A DNA stretch of 59,485 nucleotides, counting the filler, from Platydemus manokwari (Eukaryota): NCBI GenBank assembly GCA_037951405.1. It is 4 parts of 4 records of this genome, joined end to end, with 100 filler letters (N's around TTAATTAATTAA, not from the genome) between each part and the next. Parts side by side here need not be neighbours in the genome. Positions count along the whole stretch, not along the records: positions 28,811 to 38,774 come from JBBMOY011184211.1; positions 38,875 to 59,485 come from JBBMOY011500304.1; 2 more parts are not named here. One strand, given 5' to 3'. The position numbers and the translations under genes are program-made. How positions within the stretch are numbered: the stretch's first letter is position 1; each line of letters starts with the position of its first letter. Shown here piece after piece: positions 38,185 through 52,619 of this stretch. Under the pieces are notes generated by a model. The model saw only the letters and a list, made by a program, of their open reading frames with translations. It ran no database searches and was not told the origin of the DNA.

Positions 38185-38774
38185 TCTTTGATGGAAAATA
38201 TAAAACATTAATCGCAAATTGTTTGAAATTTAGTGATTTTAAGGCTAACATTTCAGTGGTTTCTATTTTATTGACTGCTAATATTCTTTTAGATACTCAG
38301 ATTTGATTTTTAATAACATGAGACTTTCTCGAGCTTTGTACTAATTTCATTTAACTTTGTATACCAATTTTAATTAATAATCAAAAGTAATTCAATAGAT
38401 ATTTGTCTTTTTAATTCATGAAATCAACATATATTTCAACAAAAATATCTCTCTTATATCAATGCACTATAAATACAAACAAATCAATTTGCTAAACTGC
38501 TAATCAAATTTGCTAATATGGTGCTTTTTGAAATACGCTAGCTTTTAATAAAGACTTTTGAAACACGATTTTATTAACAACCATACTCACTATAATGTTG
38601 TAAGACACATTGCAATGTACTTCTTTAAAAAAGCAAATAACAATTTGGTCTTTGAAATTCTGTATAAGATAACAAGTTGTATTGTACCAATATGAACTTT
38701 ATGTGGTTTCAAATTTATAAAATAAAAATATCTAATAATAAAAATTGCAATCAATAATAATTATCATTATATAT

Positions 38775-38874
38775 NNNNNNNNNNNNNNNNNNNNNNNNNN
38801 NNNNNNNNNNNNNNNNNNTTAATTAATTAANNNNNNNNNNNNNNNNNNNNNNNNNNNNNNNNNNNNNNNNNNNN
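38775..38874. other. Artificial assembly gap spacer (N44-TTAATTAATTAA-N44)
   Basis: Same 100-bp spacer. Confidence 0.98.
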
Positions 38875-39570
38875 AGTTCAACGAAAAGTAAAATAATAGT
38901 AATAACTACTTAAAAATGTCAAAGCAATCAAAAATGTCGAAAACAGGAAATTCAAATTTATAAATAACAAGGGTCTTGTTCAGTTAGAAACATCGTGGGG
39001 AGTAAGCGCATCAAAGGGATGTACATAGAAAATTTAGTATTTTATCAGCAGAGATAACTCTTTAAATATGTAAGGTAAGATTTTTTTTTATTTAGAGCAT
39101 TCCTCTTTGCAGCACGTGTCATTGCATAATCTGTAAAATATCTGTGAAAATATTTTTGGAAGAGTTAGTAGATATTTAACTGTAATATATCGAGACTGTG
39201 CTTGATACAAGAGTAGTTTGTGATGACAGCTGGAAGTAGTTTCTCTGCTGATGATTTTAAAAGAAATTCGAGACCGTATCCAGGTTTGTAAAACTAAAGA
39301 TTGAAATTAAAATTGTATTCTGTTTGATAAATTCTTTGTAAAAATTGTTGTTATAAATGTAGTTTCTTGATAAGAATTGGTTGTTGATTTATTCAAAACT
39401 AATCCATATATAGTGTTGCGAGTCAGATTTAGGAATAAAGAGCACTTTTAGTTTGAGTAGTTCCAAATATAAAATAGGTATTTCAACCGTTTATTATTAA
39501 TTAGAAATATAATATTTCTATTTTTATTTTCTAGATATTTCCTAATTTAGCCTCATTAATTCTCTGATAG

Positions 39571-39647
39571 ATTAAACTTCTTATTAAACTACTTATTAAA
39601 CTTCTTATTAAACTACTTATTAAACTACTTATTAAACTACTTATTAA
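39571..39647. repeat. 12-bp minisatellite (ATTAAACT[A/T]CTT) x about 6
   Basis: Directly visible head-to-tail units with no spacers. Confidence 0.95.
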
Positions 39648-41544
39648 CCACATTCTAGAATAATTGAAGCTATTTAATTCAAATTTTCCATCCAATTTTC
39701 ACTTCACTTAACAAATATAAAAAAATTTATAAATAAAAATACATTCTATAAATAAAACTGCTTGGAGAAGCTTTTTTCCAGTGCATAAATTAGCAAAACT
39801 TATTGATCAACAAATACTAAATTTCAACAAATTATATTAATAACATAATTGGTACAAGATTCCTATGTTTAACACGCGTTTCATTTTTAAAATCATATCA
39901 TGACATTTTGTTTTAGAATGTTTTTTTTTATATATATTTAGTTGATCACATTGAAAATATCGATATGTTACACCATTAAAGGCTCAGATCGACATTATTC
40001 AATCAATCTGATAAGCACCCACTATTTTGATTAATAAATTACAACACAACAACATATAGATTAGTTTTCAATTAATTTTATCTCTATAAGAGGCTTCCCT
40101 AGATTAGATTTGAAAGAGTGGACTATTTGCAGTGTTTATAATTTGGTGGTGATTTATAAAATTGTAGACATTCACAAATATACACACGTACTGGCATAAA
40201 GGAGAATGCATGTTTAACGTAGTGAATTTATGAATCCAATTTGGTGATTTCCATTTTAACGGTTGAGATATAACAACGGTGTTAAGTAGTAAAGTGCAAT
40301 TTTTTTTTAAAATATATTAAAACCAATGTTTACGATTCCCCGACTTTTTAGTGTTTATAAATATATTTTCTCCAATGTCTATTTGAAAGTAATTTAAGAA
40401 TAAAATGAATAAGTGATTTTTAGCAAATAATTAGGGGTTTCATTTTGTTTTTTATTATATGATTCTATTAAGATAGAACTATAAATTTATATCGACCTCT
40501 TTTGGCTGTAACCGTAACAGCCCTCAATTTAATTTATTGGTGGTTAGGACTAAAATCACCGTAACCACGTTGTTTGATTTGTTTTTTAGATTTTAGTTTT
40601 TTAATTCTTGATTTTAATTTCAGACTAGAAATATTATTACATATGTAGAAATGTTTGTCAAAATATAAAGATTCAATTAGAATTAATTTTTAAAAATTTA
40701 TACAGGAATGATAATTATTCTTACGTTTTCTGGTTAGAATTTTCCTGATAAGAATAAGATAGCAATGATATTGTATCGATTTACAATTCACAATGTTTTC
40801 CGAGTAATGGCTTTGTGAGATGGAGATTAGTAGAAATATAATTAATATATTTGACTACGGATTCAAAATAATTAACTTTTTCTTTTTATCGCGATAATCC
40901 TTTGTAAATATCGCTTGAGAATATTTTCTGTTTTGCTTTGTAGGTAATAAATGAAATCTTTAAATACTCCGTTGACAATGCTAAATCAGATGTCGGTCAT
41001 TATTTTGGAGTTTTGAGACGAGACTCTTGAAATTCAATGTTCAGAAAGTTACAAATTCTTTTATCGTAATAGTTATATTTCGGGAAAACTTTATAATTAC
41101 ATTACCTTATTTATATCAATAATTTTTTCTTTGTCTTGTTTTTTATTTATTATTGGAATTTATTATTGCCATTTTAACCCTCTATTTATTTAGTTGTTAT
41201 TTTTAGTAATCTGTTTATTTAAATTCTATTTTGGGATGTGTTTTCTTCTATATTTAGATTTTTAATTTTATGAATCTATTTTTGGTTATATTAATAATTT
41301 TAAATTTGGGGTGAGTCATGATGTTATTAATTTTAGGAACAAAATTTTATATGAATTATTACTATTATTTCTTTATTGTAGAGTTGTACCCAACAGAAAT
41401 AATGAATTTAAAAATAAAATAATTTTAAGGAAAATAAATTGTTAATAAATTTGTCAATAATCTTTTCGCAATTTTGAAAATTAACAATTCCATATTTAAT
41501 ATTCGATGAAAATAATTGCTTTGTACATCCAAATATTTTTTCAG

Positions 41545-44500
41545 GTCCTCAATCACCAAATAATGGAGTTAATTGATGTTCAAAATAAAGCTCGAAAACA
41601 GCTTGATGAAGCCGTTATAGAAACAAAAATATTGCAAGTCGAATTAGATAAAACCGCTGATCAATACAGGAAAGAGCATCAGTCTAGAAAAGAAGTTATA
41701 AAAATGTGGCAAACAACCATTGAGCAGATGATCCGACGCGATCATGATATTTTACGAGTTTCTAATGTGAGTTTAAATTATTTTTCAGATTAAAATTCGA
41801 TATTTTTTCCAACATTTTGATTGAATTTACGATTAACTCTAATAACAGTTTTCCTTATAAAGTAAAATATAATCCCATAAAATATTGGTTTATTTTAATA
41901 GATTTATTAAAGCATATTTACTTAATCTTGAAACAAAGCTTCAAAAATATACAATGAAATGAAACAATAAGTTTTGAAACAATCCAACAATGTTATATGT
42001 ACTTGTTTTGACATCATTCTTTCTTCCCTATTGCTGACATCAATATGTATTTGGTGATATCATGTTATTTTCCAACTATTTGACTTACGAATTGAATGAA
42101 GTGAATCTCCAATTTCAGTTAATATGTTTTATGATTTTCTGGAAAATAAATTGCTGATATATGACCAAATGATTGCAAATATTTCAAATTTTTAATGAAA
42201 ATCGAATATGATTTCGAAGGAATTATTAAAGTCTTATTTGAGTTGGTTGACAAGAAGCTGTTCCACTTACAAATGGTTTTCATAATAAAATTTAAATAAA
42301 AGAACCCCATCATCTACCTGTTGATAAATTCAAATTCAGACCAATTCATTAAAACTTGTTGTCATTGGTTTTGGTTTTCATAGCAACTAGATATGTCAGA
42401 TTTATAGTAGTCATAAAGAAATATAAAGTTATGAACAATCAGTCAATTGAATTGTTTAGGAATTGAACGACTATAAAGATAAATTACGTCAAACTGAAAT
42501 CGAAGTTCAAGAAAAGAAAAATGTTTGTCAAGACATTAATAATGAAAACAATGCCATGGAAAGTAGTGTCAATAAAGCAGATAGGGATATCGCGAAATTC
42601 AGAGAAGTCTTTGTCGATCTTCTACACGAAAATGATAAATTAAAGAGAGAGGTAAATTTAGTTATTTTATAAATAATTCAACATTCTAATGGTTCAAATA
42701 TATTTCATTGGGTTTGTATTATCATTATAGTAAAAATAAATTTCTTAATGACTTGGTTTTTTGAAATCCATTATCGGTGAATAATTTTTCAGTGGTCTTT
42801 AGCCAACTTTCCTTGGAATTCAGGGACTCTATGTGAAGAGACTGCGAAGATCACGACTCACTTGTGCTCAACACGTTTCAAGATAAAAAAAAAATACAAT
42901 AGCTATATAACAGTTTTTTGCGCAATAACATCCTTTACATTTTTCTTTCAAAAAGCATTTTCTGTTTCTTGTGTTTGGGGCCATAGAAATGAATAACTAA
43001 ACTAAAAAAGTACATTGTCATTCATTTATCAGTGTTATTCATATTTAATTTTAAAAAGTTATTGGGTCCCACGACGAATTGGGTATTTGTAAGGGGGTTC
43101 CAAACCCACAAATATTGAAAAATACTGATTTATATATTTTATATTTTATATTGGTACATTTTTGTAGCATTGTTTTATTCATTTTGAAATTCACGTCATC
43201 GCTGTTTATTTTACTCAATAGTTGGATTTTTTAAAAACAACAATAGAGCGCACAGCTAGAGAATGTGAGATTGAAAGAGCCGCTGTGAGACATATGAAAG
43301 ACCAAAAGGATAACGAACAAAATAAGTAATTTCTCATTTAAATTGATTCGAAATTTGTTTTTAAGCCTTCATTATCAGTTTGAAGATGCTTACGAAAAAA
43401 ACTGATGAACTCAAGGAGAAATATGACCTAATCATGTCTGACAGTATCGATATAAACCAAGCGTTTACAATGGCTGAACATGCTCTGAAAGAAGAAGAAA
43501 TGTACATTAGACAATTGAATGAAGAGATGAACAAGTTGCGAGAGAAACAATATAAAATCACTTTGGATCTATCTTGGCATGAAACTATAAAACGAAATAA
43601 AGAAGCTGATGCAACAACTTATCGGGCGAATTTACGTAATCTAATCAGTAGAAAATCTAGATGTGAATCTGTAATATATTTTTCGATATTTTATTACATT
43701 TGATATGATAATATAATATATGATACAGGATCTCTTGAAACTTGATGAATTGATTTACAAAACCGATTTAACTGTTCAAAATCTCCAACACAGAATTTCC
43801 ACCATTGAGGGTGATAATACGCCTTCTGAATTAGAGAAGGAACTGAAAATGAGAATCCGATATTTGAATGAAGAATTGGATGCGGTTAATCGCGTATCTA
43901 AACAATTGAGCGACATGATTCAAAGATTTCTCGTAAGCTTTTCTATTGTTTGTACAAAATATGAACATAATTTTCGTTTCAGAATGAATCACGCATCCAT
44001 CGATTAAATATTGAAAAGCTGGGCAGTTTGAAAAAGATCGAAGAAGATAAAATTGTCGCTGAACAGATTTCCATTGAGAATGCATTGTTACAGCTACGAA
44101 AGATTAAAAAAAATCGCGAAGAAACATTGGTGTTCAAAAATATGGAAAATTTTCAAGTACTATTAATACCATTTATTATTAATAATTTCTAGATATGTTA
44201 GAAATATTAAATTTTCGAAAAACTTACGGAAAATTAAAATCTATATTTACCATCGTTTCCCTAAAGTATTTGTAATAATAAGGGCAATTATTCTACTTAC
44301 AACTATCAACAGTTACAAATTAGATTAAAAATATAATTGTAAAATGTGTATTAACGAAGAATATTGTACTTGTAATTCTTGTTGATTTCGAAACAGAAAT
44401 TAGGTGATCATGTCGAGGAAATAATTATTTTTTATCAAAATGAAAATAGATAATTAACTCCATTTAAGTAAAATGATATTAATATTAAAATATTATGTTA

Positions 44501-47500
44501 AATATGCGAATTATATTACTGATTTATATTTGATTAGCTTAAGAAATTGATAACGATTCGAGATTTTCATTTCAACAAAGTGACTGATTTGGAAATCCAA
44601 AAGGAATCTCTCAATGCTATTGTCACTGAAAGAAGAATAGAAATCAATTTCTTTAAAGATATTCTCAAGAAGGATATTAGAACTTTGGAAATTGATCTGG
44701 CCAACATTCATCGAGAATTGTCGGAGGTCAATCACAGATTGGAAAATACCATTTCAAAGTTAATTGATCCGTTATTCAGTATTGAAATTATTTATTTGAC
44801 AGATATGAAGTCGTATCGAAAGTTTCCTATTTTACAAACAAAGAGGGCACTTTAGCAACAATCGAGGTTATTAAAAGTTTTTTTTTGTTATTTTTAAATA
44901 TGACATTGTTGATGATGTTTGTTTTCAACTTAAAATGCATAATTTTCATATAATGGTGGACACATAATTTTGTGTCAGTGGAGGCATTATTCAAAGGTAA
45001 AAACAAACCAAAAGTAATCAGGAAGAAGAAAGTTCAAAATGACAGAATAAAATTATACAACAAACAAACAGATTTGGCAAAAAATTAAAACTTATAAGGT
45101 ATCACTTATACAAGTATTTCTAATAGAATTTTTATTAATTCCAACATGCCGCCCACGTACATTAGCATTATGTAATCATTTAATTCATCAATTACACAAT
45201 GAATCCATTATTGATCGAATATTCATATCTATTTACAACTCACCATTCGAGGTTTTGCCTATTTTCAAAAAATCTTGATAAATTTCAAACAGTTAATTTA
45301 ATTTATTTTTATAAATCGCCATAATCAAATATCCTCAGGATAATTCTTGATTTTAGTGAATTATATATTTTTGATTTTCTTAATTCGATCTGATTTTATT
45401 TGATAGCAAGAATTTTGTGAATTTCTTTCATTCATCCGATAATTTTCCAGGCTGCAATAGAAAAGGAAGAATTACAAAAATATGGCGATGAATTAGATTT
45501 GAAAATTCGAAAATCAGAAAAAGAAATTCGAGCTCTGGAAAACACTGTCGTTCTTCTCAATTCTTGCAACGAATCATTCAGATATTTGTACACTAAGGCT
45601 ACATCAAGCTCTTCGGAACTGGTTCTGAAAGACCAAGCTGAAAACAATCTTAAAGCAGAAATTAAAAACTATTCTCTTAAAAGATATCAATTGAGAATGA
45701 TTTTAAAAGAAATCGAAGTATGTGATTTTTGTTATCTTTATATAACTGATAATGAGCATTTTTCAATTTCAAGAAGATGTTTTAATTTGGACTTTGGCTT
45801 TAAAATATTAAACTTTTTTAGATTTAAGAAAATTATTATTTATATAAACAACCATTATTAACCCCCCCCCCAACTGGACTATGACTCATTAAATATGTTG
45901 GTTTAGATATACCACTATGTTGCTTTTAGTTTTCAATATGTGAGGAACATTGAGAATTAGTTAATAATTTATTAATTTAATAATGGATTTTAAAATTCTT
46001 ATTTCAACTCTATTTCATAATTATTCACACACATATGTGCGCATATATAATTCTGATTTGGAAAGACATTAAACCTTTATTGAAAATATTTTAATATATT
46101 TGAATAATCTGTTTATGGGAAACATATTTTGGTAAACATCTTAATGAATGATATTAACAATTTTAATAATTTCGATAATATTGCAATCGCTAACCTGGCG
46201 ACAACGCATTTGAAAAGCAATGAAAAAGTATTGAAAATACCAAATGTAAAGAATAAAGAGAGAAAAGAGAAAAGAGAAAAGAGAAAAGAGAAAAGAGAAG
46301 AAACTGAAAACATGAATATAGATAATGAGAGTAAATTGAATGAATTCGTTATCAAAATAACAGACTAAAAGAAAATTCGATGAAAATGTAATTTAAAAAA
46401 TCAAAAGAAAATACGATTTGAAGATCTACATGTTTAGGTAATTAATTATTAAATAATAAAATATAAATAAATATTCAAAAATGATAATTGGTTTAAATAT
46501 TGAAGCTAAGTATACTTTTTGTGTTGACTTTTAAAGATCTTTTCCAATATGGATTTGATGATATAGTAGCAGCTAATAAACGGTAAATCTAAAGTATTTT
46601 TTAAATTAAAGTTTGTGTTTGACATGAAAAGATATTTATAATAAAAAATTAATATCTTAAACAAGGTCAAGATATTTATTACTGGTTGTGATTTATTGGA
46701 ATGTATTTTCAAAATTATGGTTATAACATGATAAAAATTTAAATCACACAATCAATCTTTTCTACTTTGTTTTGCCAATTTATCTTCTTGATAAATTCAA
46801 GTTTTGTTTCTTCTGTCTTTAATTACAGTATTTAGTCTTGACCATATTGCGCTTATATCCGAAATCAACAGTATTATCAATTCTTATGCGGTTTAATTTG
46901 CAATATAAATATTCAATTTGTTTGGCATTTCAATATTATAAATTCAGTTGACATTCAAATGTCACTTTTTATTTCTTTACAAGCTACCGCGGTGCTCTTA
47001 ATGCACACTTTCTTTTAGATTATTTTTAAGTGATTCAAATACAATAATCTATCTTTGGTCTGTTGGCATTTCGTTAAAAATATTTTATTTTACTATTACT
47101 GCTACTTAATATTATTTTTATTATTATTTCTTGATTCTAATAATATTTCTCATTTATTTACATTTACTATTTATTTATATCAACGATATATTTATATCTA
47201 TTATTTATTTATATCAACGATATATTTATATCTACTATTTATTTATATCAACGATATATTTATATCTACTACCACTAGTTATAAAATGAGTGCATATTAA
47301 GTACGCCTTTATACAGAATAGATAACGAATCAGTTAATTGAATAATTTTCCAATTATCTTTTTCGGTTTATATCTGTGTTTGTTGGACCAGTAATGGTTC
47401 TCACAATTTGCATCAAATTATCTTTCATATTTTTCTGACAAACCAATTAGTCGATAATTAATAACTTCATGTATTTGGTTGAGCAATTCATCACAACTAT

Positions 47501-50500
47501 CGGATAGAATTAATCATAAATAATGAAGTATCAACCGAAAAAAGTAATTGCAAAATTTCAATTTTACTGGATCAAATTATTGTTTGATGACTTGATTTTT
47601 TTTGCTCAGAAAGTGAGTTACACTCTGAAAAATCTGGAGAATGAATATGATCATATTGTAAGTAGATCTATTGAAACGCAAGAAATGACAGATAAGAAAT
47701 TAAAAGAAATTGAAAAAATGAATATAAAAATTGAACGAGCCGATAATGACAAAAACATGGCTTATTCAAGTGTAGCGACTGACACGACAAGTTTACGAGA
47801 TATCAAGGTTGGTTAATTACAATGTTAAAATAATTAATTAATTAATTTTTAGTTAATTTGAGAACTGCTTTTATTTTTTACATCAAAATCGAATACATTA
47901 CACCAATTTAAAATAAAAATCAATTTTATCTATTCAAACAAAATATTTTTGACATAGTTTGGTTACTTATACTCAACATTATCTTTGTTAGATTTTCTGG
48001 TTGTCGGTAAATTTACATTATATATAAATAATTATTCTGTTTCTGGCTGAACTCTTGGTAATTCTAATAGGTAATTCATGTACAAATCATTATTGGATAA
48101 CACTTCAAATCATTTATTATTTTTCTTGTTGATGAATTCAAACTACTAACCATTTCATTCAAATTGATTATCAATCACCACTAGGTCGTGAACACCTGTT
48201 ATAACTGTATTTTTGATTGGATTTTGTTTCATAGGAGCATAAATCTCATACAAAAATATTTTAATTTCACATGATTTGATATGTTTATCAGTTGATATAG
48301 AAATATGATCAATTAAATATGATAAGCTTTGAATTATTTAATTATATTGATCTACTTAACCTTCAATTATCCTCTGATTAATATTATATTAACGGCATTA
48401 TTAATGTAAATATTTCTGATTGTTTGTGATCTGCATATTTTATAACAAATCAAACGATTACAAAAAATTTTAATTGAGAGATTTGAATCAACTGGAAACA
48501 AGCACACGGTAAACCTCCCGAAGATAATAATGACAATAAAGTTGTTGCGGTTTCTGATGCTGTGAATGCTATGAGCGATATTTTCGCGATACGCAAGGCA
48601 TCTAAAATCTTAAGATTTCAATATCTTCGGTTAATCACATTCTTAAAATGAACTTTGGTCTCAACAGTTATTACTTGCTTCTAGAGCTTGATGAGATGTT
48701 TTGAGTAGATTTTATTATTTTAATTCAACATTATTCTCAATTTACGGGAAAATAGAATCTGCTAAGGGTTATATTCTCGAGTTATTGAGAAGCAAAATAA
48801 TCATTTTATTAATGGAAATGAAGGTCTTGTTAAAAATAAAAATTGAAAGTCAGTCTTTCTAAAATAAAGCTTGAGGGGGAGTTCGCTGTGGGAACGCCCT
48901 GCTTATATAGATGATAAATGAGTTTAATTTTTTCAAATACTCCTTGAAATCTTATTAATTTATCATAACATAAGTTTCCTATTTGGTTTTTATTTTGAAT
49001 AATATATTTATAACATAAATCTATTCCTTTTATTATTTTTACTGATAAATTTAAGGTATCTAACTCAGTATTATGTTATTTTTAAATTATGATCATCTGA
49101 ACTAAAGGATAATGGTTATCTACTGAAATAAGACCGATATCAATGCTCGAAGATAAATATGTCAATAAATAAATACTTAGTTTTAACAAATGTCATTCAT
49201 TGATTACAGGTACGAGTGGGTGGTTACATGATTGGATTGTTTATCACTGAGATTGTTCATACATTGACCAAGAAATTTAACGATATATGGGAAAGTGTTG
49301 GTCAAGCTTATTTCGAAAATTTCAATATCGATACAAAACTTCCACCCAAGAAAGCTAATCAACAAAATGGTATGCAAAATTTGATTATTATATTTATCTT
49401 CATTGACAAGAATTTTATGATCTGATTAAACAGGAAATGTTATTCATATTGAAATTATGAGAATGAGGTTTTTATCATTTATATAATTTAGTATTATTAT
49501 TATTATTGATTTTATTATAAATTTTTTTATATTATTTTTTTTAACAATAGTTATTGTTTTTTGTTATTATGACAAATATTAATATTCGATCAATATCAGG
49601 AATTTATTATAAGACGTGAAATACAAGATCAAATTTATCACATCCATTTTATATCGACAGTTTCCAAGATTGATGGTTAATCGACCAGAGATATTTCTGA
49701 TTAATCTGATATCGATGACTCAATTATTTAACACACATACACAAATAATCATTGGATAAGAAATTATTCAGTATATTATTAATCTTTTCAACCAGGATTT
49801 GTAAATTAGATATTTTAAAGACCCGTCATATAAAAAAGAGTGATGATTGTGTGCCTCAACACTTTAAATGTTCATATTGTAAAAACTCATCGATATTCTA
49901 GGAATAATTTGATTATAAATTTAATTTTTAGTGTCAAAAGTCTTATATAAATCATTTTAAAATTATTAAATTAATTATATAAAATTTACTTTGCTATTGA
50001 TATAAATGATAGAATACATAATTAGTTGATATCATACGTTCTTCGAAAATGGTAGATTGATCGAGTAGGAAATTAGTTATTAGCAGACTTATGGCATTTA
50101 TTTATTTGGAATGAATAAAAGTGCCCCTCTGTCTTCTCACAGATGCAATATTTCTAATTATAAAAATATTAAGTTTTGTTCTACTGATTTAAGAATATTT
50201 TGATTTATGTTTTACCCAAATATGAATATTATTGAAGGTGCTTAATATTGCTTAATCAGGAACAGAGGACTTTTTATTTCAGTCTTTGACCCGAATATGC
50301 ATATAATAACATATCAAGAACGGTCCGACCGAAAATTTATCTTGCCAATAAAATATTGATTAACTAAAATTATAATTTTTAAAACCCTTTTCCGGGTTGA
50401 ATATAAACTATCTCATTGTATGTAATACTAGAAGATTTAATATTATCAATTCAGTTTGTTGGTTTAATCTTATATTTAGCAAGCAATCCACGAAGTTCGT

Positions 50501-50622
50501 CAAATTTAAATAATTCGAGAAATTCTTCCAGACCTCTTCAAATGTCAGTAATTAATTTAGCCTCAACTTTCAATGGTGAAATGGTGTCATCGGATCTATC
50601 AACAAGATCGCATAGTAATTGA
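41545..50622 (+). CDS. CCDC39: Coiled-coil domain-containing protein 39 (axonemal 96-nm ruler subunit), 5'-partial, 12 exons seen
   Basis: Exons 41545-41766, 42460-42651, 43222-43325, 43379-43670, 43729-43932, 43983-44156, 44538-44758, 44803-44866, 45451-45717, 47610-47807, 49210-49369 and 50480-50622. ET..LQVELDKTA.QYRKEH.SR.EVIKMWQ.TIEQM.RRD.DI and AA.EKEELQ..GDELDLKIRKSEKEIRALENT..LLNSCN match CCDC39 blocks, followed by a Ser-rich tail. N-terminal exons not found. Confidence 0.9.
43030..43127. mobile_element. Short hAT-like MITE
   Basis: Ends CAGTGTTATTCA and TGAAAAATACTG form a 10/12 inverted match. ATTTAT lies on both flanks and the interior is GC-richer. The expected 8-bp TSD is not clean. 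Confidence 0.35.
46258..46298. repeat. 7-bp purine tandem repeat (GAGAAAA) x about 5
   Basis: Directly visible in a CCDC39 intron. Confidence 0.9.
47167..47270. repeat. 34-bp minisatellite x 3
   Basis: Unit ctatttatttatatcaacgatatatttatatcta starts at 47167, 47201 and 47235. Confidence 0.9.
48455..48660 (+). mobile_element. Degenerate Tc1/mariner-type transposase N-terminal fragment in a CCDC39 intron
   Basis: With frameshifts it reads LIERFESTGN / GKPPEDNNDNKVVAVSDAV..IRKASKIL / SISSVNHILKM, the same motif order as the relic at 32980-33400. Confidence 0.6.
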
Positions 50623-51210
50623 TATTTTCTATCACAGATAATTATTTATAACGAGATTTTCGATCAATTTAATCATTTTCTCCTTTTTAAATAATTATCC
50701 ATTTCTAAGATCGAATATATTTTCATTCTCAGTTTATCTTTCATTTACTTTTTAATGAGCTGGTCTTTAAATATTCTCAGCAAATACAATTAAGAGCTTT
50801 GCTCAGTCTAATAAAGGATTTTGTCTGAAATTAATTATAGATATTTATTATTTTACTTTTATTCTCTTTAACGATAACATAAAAAAAGATAAAAGCTTTT
50901 ATCGACCCATAATGTAATTCAATTGACATAGATAACAGCAATAGATAGATTTTTGTAAAATTGAATTAAGTAATTGCGTTGGCGTTTGAATTAGTTGAGG
51001 TATTTATATTTGGTCTCTGACTTTATCGATTTGATGCTTTCTGTGATAGGCTTTATTTTAATTTAGATGAACAAAATGTATTTGAAATCGGAAAATCTCT
51101 TATTTCAATGAAGTATAAATAAAACAATTTCATAATTAATTATTTATTTATGTACTGACGATATTTTTGGTGATCACAAATAAGACCTGTCGATTTTATA
51201 TGAAATACTG

Positions 51211-51541
51211 TACTGTAAAATCCCAAATATTAGCTGCATCGCGTATTAGCTTCAGTTACAGTATTTTTGATAAGTATTCTTTAATCGTATAAGCAGTCAT
51301 GTATTAACAGCATCACTTGAAATATTTATGCAATATTTTTGTTAATTTTTAAAAGGATATTAAAATTGGATATTAAAACAAAAAGAGTAATGAAAATCTT
51401 TTAGTTCAGCATTGACAAAAAACTTGAAGTAGGTCGTCAATTAGGAATCACTCGGGAAGCTGCTCAACGATATTGTATCAACGAAGCAGTAATTCGACTG
51501 TTTATAGTGGTACAAGCTACAAACCGTATTAGTTGCAGCTC
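51211..51541 (+). mobile_element. pogo/Tigger-like transposon 5' relic
   Basis: Terminus-like TACTGTAAAATCCCAAATATTAGCTGC with repeated (cg)tattag.tgca/ttca motifs. From 51405 the frame reads FSIDKKLEVGRQLGITREAAQRYCINEAVIRL, resembling the Brinker-type HTH at pogo transposase N-termini. Confidence 0.5.
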
Positions 51542-52619
51542 AAAAATGTTACATTTCAACATTGATAACTTCCATTACATTCAGATATTATATAATTTTA
51601 AAAATTGAGTCGATATGAATTCTGAATAGACCTTCTCAATTGGCGCCTTTAAATAAAACTTGAATCAAATTTCAACCCATTAAATTTTAATGTCATCTCC
51701 TGTGAATTATCATGGTGTGTTTAATGATAAGCTAATCTTGCAATCCTTCACAAAATTGGAATTTAATAAAATCAAATCTTTATATTTCACTAATGGATAC
51801 AAGATGATGTTATATCTAGATCAGAGTTTCTGATTCATCTTTTCATAAATTATATATCATTATAATTATAAAGGCAAAAAAATTATTGTGTTATTCGAAA
51901 TAAATATTTATTCCACAGATTCAAGCAGCTCTAGCAGTTCATCATCCGTGAAATTGCGTTTAAAGAATCAAGGATTGAAACCTTTCTCTCCTAATTCTTG
52001 AAGAATTCATTAGACAATTTAATGATTTATTCGATGATACTTGTAGGGATATTTTAAATGTGTAATAAATTAAATTGGTGTTGACAATTTTTGCTGATCC
52101 GTTTGAAATCATTTGATGATTTTCTCCCCAATTCTAGGTGAATGATTTGGTATCAGATATATCAATGTTTTCTAATATTAATCTTTTCATTTGAAACAAT
52201 CACATATTTCATTTTTGTGAGTTGTTGTTTGAGGTTGATTATGAAGAGAATGATTTCATAAATTGGTACATTTATTAACTTCTTCGTGATGAACATTAAA
52301 ATTATCTATTAGAAAAACTAAAAAAATTTTAATTTATTTTCACAATAATAATAGTTCAGATAAAATATTTGAAACAAAATTTAATATGATACAGGTTGTC
52401 TGGCTCTACTAATCTAATAATCGGTGTATTTTATAATATTCGTTGATTTTGTTTTTATCTTTGTCATCATTTGGTTTCAAATATCAGCCTTTTAATATAA
52501 AAATTAATTGATGCTACTATCGTTATTTTAAATATATAATCCACATCGTTCATGGATGCAACACTTTTGCTGTTTGTTTGCAATAAAATCTTTTTTTTCG
52601 AAAATATTATTATTTTATC

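Noticed and set aside
39571-39647. Repeat arrays here and at 47167-47270 as CRISPR or telomeric repeats
   Set aside because: They are head-to-tail units with no spacers and no cas genes, in a eukaryotic context, and do not match a telomere motif.
43361-45647. Minus-strand ORFs 43361, 43831, 44511 and 45432
   Set aside because: They are antisense to CCDC39 exons.
46129-46368. K/E/R-rich ORF as a CCDC39 exon
   Set aside because: The charge comes from the GAGAAAA repeat, and the flanking exons 45717/47610 join in phase without it.
3015-50622. GMPPB-HAT1-collagen IV-POR-CCDC39 as a functional gene cluster
   Set aside because: The functions are unrelated, and the genes lie on four contigs whose adjacency is unverified.
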